From an uncultured Acidobacteriota bacterium (lineage in GTDB: Bacteria; Acidobacteriota; Thermoanaerobaculia; UBA5066; Gp7-AA6), in contig CAVQCH010000002.1 in the NCBI GenBank assembly GCA_963710945.1, positions 130,264-194,263 of the forward strand: a stretch of DNA of 64,000 nucleotides, given 5' to 3'. Both the position numbers and the translations under genes were made by a program. Shown piece by piece: positions 57,301 through 64,000 of this stretch (positions within the stretch are counted from its first letter, which is position 1; every line of letters begins with the position of its first letter). The notes under the pieces are model-generated. The model ran no database searches, was not told where the DNA came from, and saw only the letters and a program-made list of their open reading frames with translations.

Positions 57301-57413
57301 ACTCGAAAATGTGCATGAACGTCCACTTTTTGGTGTCAATCTGGCAAATTGGACCTTGATTTTCGTGAAAATGGCCGTAAGATCCTGCTCCAATGTCAAA
57401 AAAGGGGGGCAGG

Positions 57414-58787
57414 ATGGCAAAAGCGAAGGTCCTGAAATTCGACGCGGCGGGCCCGGGTCTTTCCAAGTCGGAAATCCTCAAGGTGTGCGAGGCGGAAAAC
57501 GTCCGCTTCATGCGGCTGCAGTTCACCGACATCTTCGGCGTCATCAAGAACGTCGAGCTGCCGAGCTCCCAGTTCTCCAAGGCGCTCGACGGCGAGATCC
57601 AGTTCGACGGTTCCTCGATCGAGGGGTTCACCCGGATCGAGGAGTCCGACATGAACCTCGTTCCGGACCTGAATTCCTTCGCCATCTACCCCTGGGCGCA
57701 TTCCAACGGCCAGAAGGTCGGCCGGCTGATCTGCGACGTCTACAACCCCGAGGGGACCGCCTTCGCCGGCTGCCCCCGCATGACGCTCAAGAAGCAGATG
57801 GACAAGGCCGACGCCGCCGGCTACACGCTGGTGACCGGGCCCGAGGCGGAGTTCTTCCTCTTCCGCCGCGACGCCAACGGGGATCCCATCGTGGACACCC
57901 ACGACGAGGGCGCCTACTTCGACCTGACGCCCGTGGACCGGGGCGAGGAGGCGCGCCGCGACATCGTGCTCGCCCTCGAGCAGATGGGCTTCGAGGTCGA
58001 GGCCGCCCACCACGAGGTGGCCGCCGGCCAGCACGAGATCGACTTCAAGTACGCCGAGGCCGTCACGACGGCCGACCGGGTCTCGACCTTCCGCTTCATC
58101 GTCAAGAAGGTCGCGATGGACCACGGCCTGCACGCGACGTTCATGCCCAAGCCCATCTACGGCATCAACGGCTCGGGAATGCACGTCCACCAGTCCTTCC
58201 TCGACAAGAAGGGCAACAACGTCTTCTACGACGCCAAGGCCAAGTACCAGCTCTCGAAGACCGCGATGCACTACACGGGCGGCATCCTGCGCCACGCGCG
58301 CGGGTTCGTCGCGATCACCAACCCGCTCGTCAACTCCTACAAGCGGCTGGTGCCGGGCTACGAGGCGCCGATCAACGTGGCCTGGTCCATGCGCAATCGC
58401 TCGCCCCTCGTCCGCGTCCCGGCGCGCCGCGGCATGGGCACGCGCATCGAGGTCCGCATGCCGGACCCGTCGTGCAACCCGTACCTCGCTTTCGGCGTCA
58501 TGCTGGCCTCGGGCCTCGACGGCGTGAAGAACCGCATGGATCCGGGCGAGCCCGTGGACCGCAACATCTTCAAGATGAGCGAGCGCGAGAAGCGCCGCCT
58601 GCGGATCGACCAGCTCCCGGCGAACCTCTCGGAGGCGCTCGACAACCTCGAGAAGGACGACGTCGTCACCGAGGCGCTCGGCGAGCACATCCTTTCGCAT
58701 TTCCTCGAGGCCAAGCGCGGCGAGTGGGCCGAGTACATTTCGCGGGTGCAGCCGTGGGAGACGGAGAAGTACCTGGAGACGTACTGA
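57414..58787 (+). CDS. glnA: Type I glutamine synthetase
   Basis: FDGSSIEGF, HHEVAAGQHEI, ATFMPKP...NGSGMH and RIEVRMPD motifs. Confidence 0.96.
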   Translation: MAKAKVLKFDAAGPGLSKSEILKVCEAENVRFMRLQFTDIFGVIKNVELPSSQFSKALDGEIQFDGSSIEGFTRIEESDMNLVPDLNSFAIYPWAHSNGQKVGRLICDVYNPEGTAFAGCPRMTLKKQMDKADAAGYTLVTGPEAEFFLFRRDANGDPIVDTHDEGAYFDLTPVDRGEEARRDIVLALEQMGFEVEAAHHEVAAGQHEIDFKYAEAVTTADRVSTFRFIVKKVAMDHGLHATFMPKPIYGINGSGMHVHQSFLDKKGNNVFYDAKAKYQLSKTAMHYTGGILRHARGFVAITNPLVNSYKRLVPGYEAPINVAWSMRNRSPLVRVPARRGMGTRIEVRMPDPSCNPYLAFGVMLASGLDGVKNRMDPGEPVDRNIFKMSEREKRRLRIDQLPANLSEALDNLEKDDVVTEALGEHILSHFLEAKRGEWAEYISRVQPWETEKYLETY

Positions 58788-58792
58788 AGAGA

Positions 58793-58840
58793 GGAGATTC
58801 GGAATTCGGAATTCGGATCCGAGATCCGGCGATTCCGAAC
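58793..58840. repeat. Degenerate heptamer array (CGGAATT) folding into a hairpin
   Basis: GGAGATT CGGAATT CGGAATT CGGATCC ... GATTCCGAA after the glnA stop. Confidence 0.65.
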
Positions 58841-58842
58841 TT

Positions 58843-58878
58843 AATAAGGCCAGAGACATACTCTGGCCTTATTTTTTT
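58843..58878 (+). terminator. Intrinsic terminator of glnA
   Basis: AATAAGGCCAGAG-ACATA-CTCTGGCCTTATT followed by TTTTT. Confidence 0.88.
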
Positions 58879-58907
58879 AGGCAATGAAGTCGTATAGACT
58901 ACCAACG

Positions 58908-59845
58908 ATGGGCGTGCTGTCGAAGCGGTTTCTCGAGCGGCTGCGGACGGGTCTGCCGCTGCTGCTCGACGCGGCGATGGGGACCGAGCTCCAGCGGCGG
59001 GACTGCGTCACGACGCTGCCCCTCTGGAGCGCCCGCGCGCTGCTCGACGACCCGGAGCTCGTGTGGACGATCCACGGCGACGAGGTCGCCGCCGGCGCCG
59101 ACATCGTCACGGCGAACACGTTTCGCACCCAGGCGCGCGCGCTCGGCAAGGCGGGACTCGGCGAGCGCTCGGGCGAGCTGACGGCCCTGGCGGTGCGCCT
59201 CGCGCACCAGGCGGCGGCGGCGCCCGGGACGCGAGGTCTTCGTGGCCGGGTCTCTGCCGCCGCTCGAGGACTGCTATCGGCCGGACCTCGTGCCCGACGA
59301 CGACGCGCTCGAGCGCGAGCACGCTGCGCAGGCGCGGTTCCTGGCCGAGGCCGGCGTGGACCTGATCCTGGCGGAGACACACAACACCATTCGCGAGGCC
59401 GTCGCCGCCGCGCGCGCCGCGAAGGCGACCGGGCTGCCCGTGGTCGTTTCGCTCGTGACCGACGGGCGAGGGACGGCTCCTCTCGGGCGAGTCGATCGAG
59501 CAGGCCGCGGCGGCGCTCCTGGCGCTCGGCGCGGACGCTCTCGGGATCAACTGCGTGCCGGCCGCGCGCCTCGGCGCCGACCTCGCGCGCCTGGCGGCCG
59601 CCGCTCCCGGCCGGCCGCTCGCGGCCTACGGCAACCTCGGCCTGCCGGCCGACGGTCCCGGCTGGAGCTTCACCGAGGAGCTCGCCCCGATAGAGTACGC
59701 GGGCGAGGCGGCGGGCTGGCTCGCCTCCGGCGCCCGGATCGTGGGCGGCTGCTGCGGGACGACCTCCGATCACACGCGGGGCCTGCAGCGCCTTCTCGCC
59801 GCGGGCAACGTTCAGGAGCGCGAGGGCTCCGTCTCGATCTCGTAG
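58908..59845 (+). CDS. Homocysteine S-methyltransferase family protein (frameshifted)
   Basis: LLDAAMGTEL, AGADIVTANTF, GSLPPL, GINC and VGGCCGT motifs across three frames. Confidence 0.82.
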
Positions 59846-60961
59846 ACGTCGATGCCGGTGCCCGCGCCGGCGAAGACGTCGATCGGGCTGCGGCGCGCGA
59901 CCGAGAGCCACCAGGGCCGCCGGGTCTTCCCGAAGATCGCGAGCGTGATGCGGTGCTCGCGGGCGAAGCGCAGCAGCTCCTGGGCCACGTTCTCCGAGGA
60001 GAGCCAGACGACCTTGGCGCCGAGCTCCATGGCCAGCGTCACGTTCTCGGAGAGCAGGCGGTGCTCGCGGGCGGACATCCGCTGCGGGCTGTCGCGCGGC
60101 GTGCGAACGTAGACCGCGAACCAGTTCGTGTTGAGCTTGCCCGCGAGCGCCGACGCGCGGCGCAGCAGCAGCCGGGTCGTTTCGGGGTTCGAGGACATCG
60201 CCACCATGGCCTTCGTCCCGACGGGCTCGGTCGAGGCCGCGGCGTGCGGGCCGCGGCGCTCGGCCTCGAGGCGGTCGGCGATCTGGCGCATCGCGAGCTC
60301 GCGCAGCGACGCGAGGTTCTCCTCGGTGAAGAAGTTCTCGAGCGCCGGGCCGATGCGCTCGGCCGGGTAGATCTTCCCGGCCTTGAGCCGCTCGCGCAGC
60401 TCCTCGGACGGCAGGTCCACGTTCACGATCGCGTCGGCCTGGCGCAGGATCCGGTCCGGCACGCGCTCCTGGACGTCCACGCCGGTCACGCGGGACACGA
60501 TGTCCTGCAGGGACTCGAAGTGCTGGATGTTGACGGCCGTCATGACCGAGATGCCCGCGGCCAGCAGGTCCTCGACGTCCTGGTAACGCTTGACGTTTTC
60601 GCTGCCGGGGACGTTCGAGTGCGCGAGCTCGTCCACGATCACGACCTCGGGCTTGCGCCGGAGGATCGCGGGCAGATCCATCTCCTCGAGGGCCTTGCCC
60701 TTGTAGGGGATCGCGACGCGCGGAACGACCTCGAGCCCGGCCGTCCGTTCGGCCGTGTCGGCGCGCCCGTGCGTCTCGACGAGGCCCGACGACGACGTCG
60801 ACGCCCTGCTTCTTCAGGGTGTGCGCGTCCTCGAGCATCTGGTAGGTCTTGCCGACGCCGGCGGCGTGGCCGATGTAGATCTTGAGCTTCCCCCGACGGG
60901 ACTTCTCGAGCAGCCGGAGGAAGACGTCCGGAGAGGTGCGCCGGCTTTCTTCCTGCGGCAT
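59812..60961 (-). CDS. kdpD: KdpD N-terminal sensor plus Usp domain, no kinase domain (frameshift near 60780)
   Basis: GKLKIYIGHAAGVGKTY, VDELAHSN, KRYQDV, LRELAMR and a Usp-like tail. About 380 aa with no TM or HisKA region. Confidence 0.82.
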
Positions 60962-60971
60962 GGCGTCAATT

Positions 60972-61552
60972 CTAAGGGCGCGCCGCGAGCGACCGGTCGA
61001 GGTCGAGGTTCGTCAGGAGCACGTTGACGCGCGGCTCGCCGATGAACCCGAGCGTTCGCGGCTCGACGTGCCGGCGGATGATGCCCGCCACCTGGTCCTC
61101 CGGCACCCCGCGCGCCTTCGCGATCCGCGCGGCCTGCCAGAGCGCGGCGTCGGGGGAGAGGTGGGGATCGAGGCCCGAGGCCGACGTGGTCACGAGGTCG
61201 GCCGGCACCGGCCGGTCGTCGCCGGGCCGGTCGGCCCGCGCGGCGGCGACGGCGTCGGCGATCGACTTCGCGAGGCCGGCGTCGGTCGGGCCCTTGTTCG
61301 TCCCGGTGGACGCCGTCCCGTCGTAGCCGTCCTTGCCCGCCGCGGAAGCGCGCGGATGAAGATAGCCGGGCCCCTTGAAGTTCTGGCCGATCAGCGAGGA
61401 GCCGACCACGCGCCCGTTCCGGCCACGAACGAACCGTCGGCCTTGTCCCTCCAGAAGATCCGGGAGACGGCGGTCACCGCGGCGGGGTAGAGGCCGCCGA
61501 GGAGGACGGTCAGGACGACGACGTAGAGAGTCGAGCGAATGGCGAGTTTCAT
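60972..61552 (-). CDS. kdpC: K+-transporting ATPase subunit C (frameshifted)
   Basis: GSSLIGQ, YLHPRAS, VTTSASGLDPH and EPRVNVL motifs. Confidence 0.9.
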
Positions 61553-61562
61553 GACTTCTCCC

Positions 61563-63597
<2,035 letters not shown>

Positions 63598-63602
63598 CCT
63601 CC

Positions 63603-64000
63603 TTAGAAGAGAACCCCGGCCTTCATCAGGAGCTGCTCCACGATGGGGCCCAGCGAAAAGGCGGGGAAGAAGGTCAGCGCCCCGACGATGACGATCACGC
63701 CGACGAGCAGGAAGCTGAAGAGCGGGCCGGTGACCGGAAACGTGCCCGCCGACTCGGGGACTTTCTTCTTGGCCGCGAGCGAGCCGGCGATGCCGAGGAT
63801 CGGGATCAGCATGAAGAAGCGGCCGAAGAACATGTCGAAGCCGAGGGTGGTGTTGTAGAAGAGCGTGTTGGCGTTCGAGACCCGCGAAGGCGGAGCCGTT
63901 GTTGCCGGCGCCCGACGTGAAGGCGTAGAGGATCTCGGAGAAGCCGTGGGGGCCCTGGTTGTTGAGCGAGGAGAGGCCCGCCGGCAGGACCGATGCCGCG
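63603..64000 (-). CDS. kdpA: K+-transporting ATPase subunit A, C-terminal part (runs off the right edge)
   Basis: [27 protein letters not shown] and GALTFFPA motifs. Confidence 0.92.
   Translation of the reverse strand, partial: RHRSCRRASPRSTTRAPTASPRSSTPSRRAPATTAPPSRVSNANTLFYNTTLGFDMFFGRFFMLIPILGIAGSLAAKKKVPESAGTFPVTGPLFSFLLVGVIVIVGALTFFPAFSLGPIVEQLLMKAGVLF

Noticed and set aside
57335-57395. Sigma-54 promoter for glnA (TGGCA and TGGCC candidates)
   Set aside because: Neither GG has GC at the required 10-nt spacing.

Overview
High-GC (~70%) bacterial chromosomal window, most likely Acidobacteriota (Thermoanaerobaculia-like). This is an inference from the Cys-rich SLH-like domains, tandem Hanks kinase-propeller genes and recO-glyQS-ppdK synteny. 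Most of the window is housekeeping. It holds a ccmA-like ABC ATPase, an aa3-type cytochrome c oxidase operon with heme A/O synthases, an OTCase, fumC-sdhCAB, mqnE, recO-glyQ-glyS-ppdK, mutL, an ECF sigma/anti-sigma pair, speB, pcnB, livKHMGF, pckA, glnA and kdpABC with a kinase-less kdpD. One accessory block (about 31.84-43.75 kb) encodes a 1922-aa Sec-signal Rhs/YD protein. That protein has S-layer-homology domains inserted inside the YD barrel and a lower-GC alpha/beta-hydrolase (lipase-like) C-terminal toxin. It is followed by a candidate immunity lipoprotein and preceded by two Ser/Thr kinases. Other notable signals are an in-frame ATT as the only plausible start of pcnB, a 239-bp MITE-like insert in the cox operon, five intergenic heptamer tandem arrays, two REP-like palindromes and a hairpin covering the Rhs Shine-Dalgarno. 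Many genes carry 1-2 bp indels, densest in liv, which look like long-read consensus errors; coordinates for those genes are reconstructed across frames. No rRNA, tRNA or CRISPR array was recognised.
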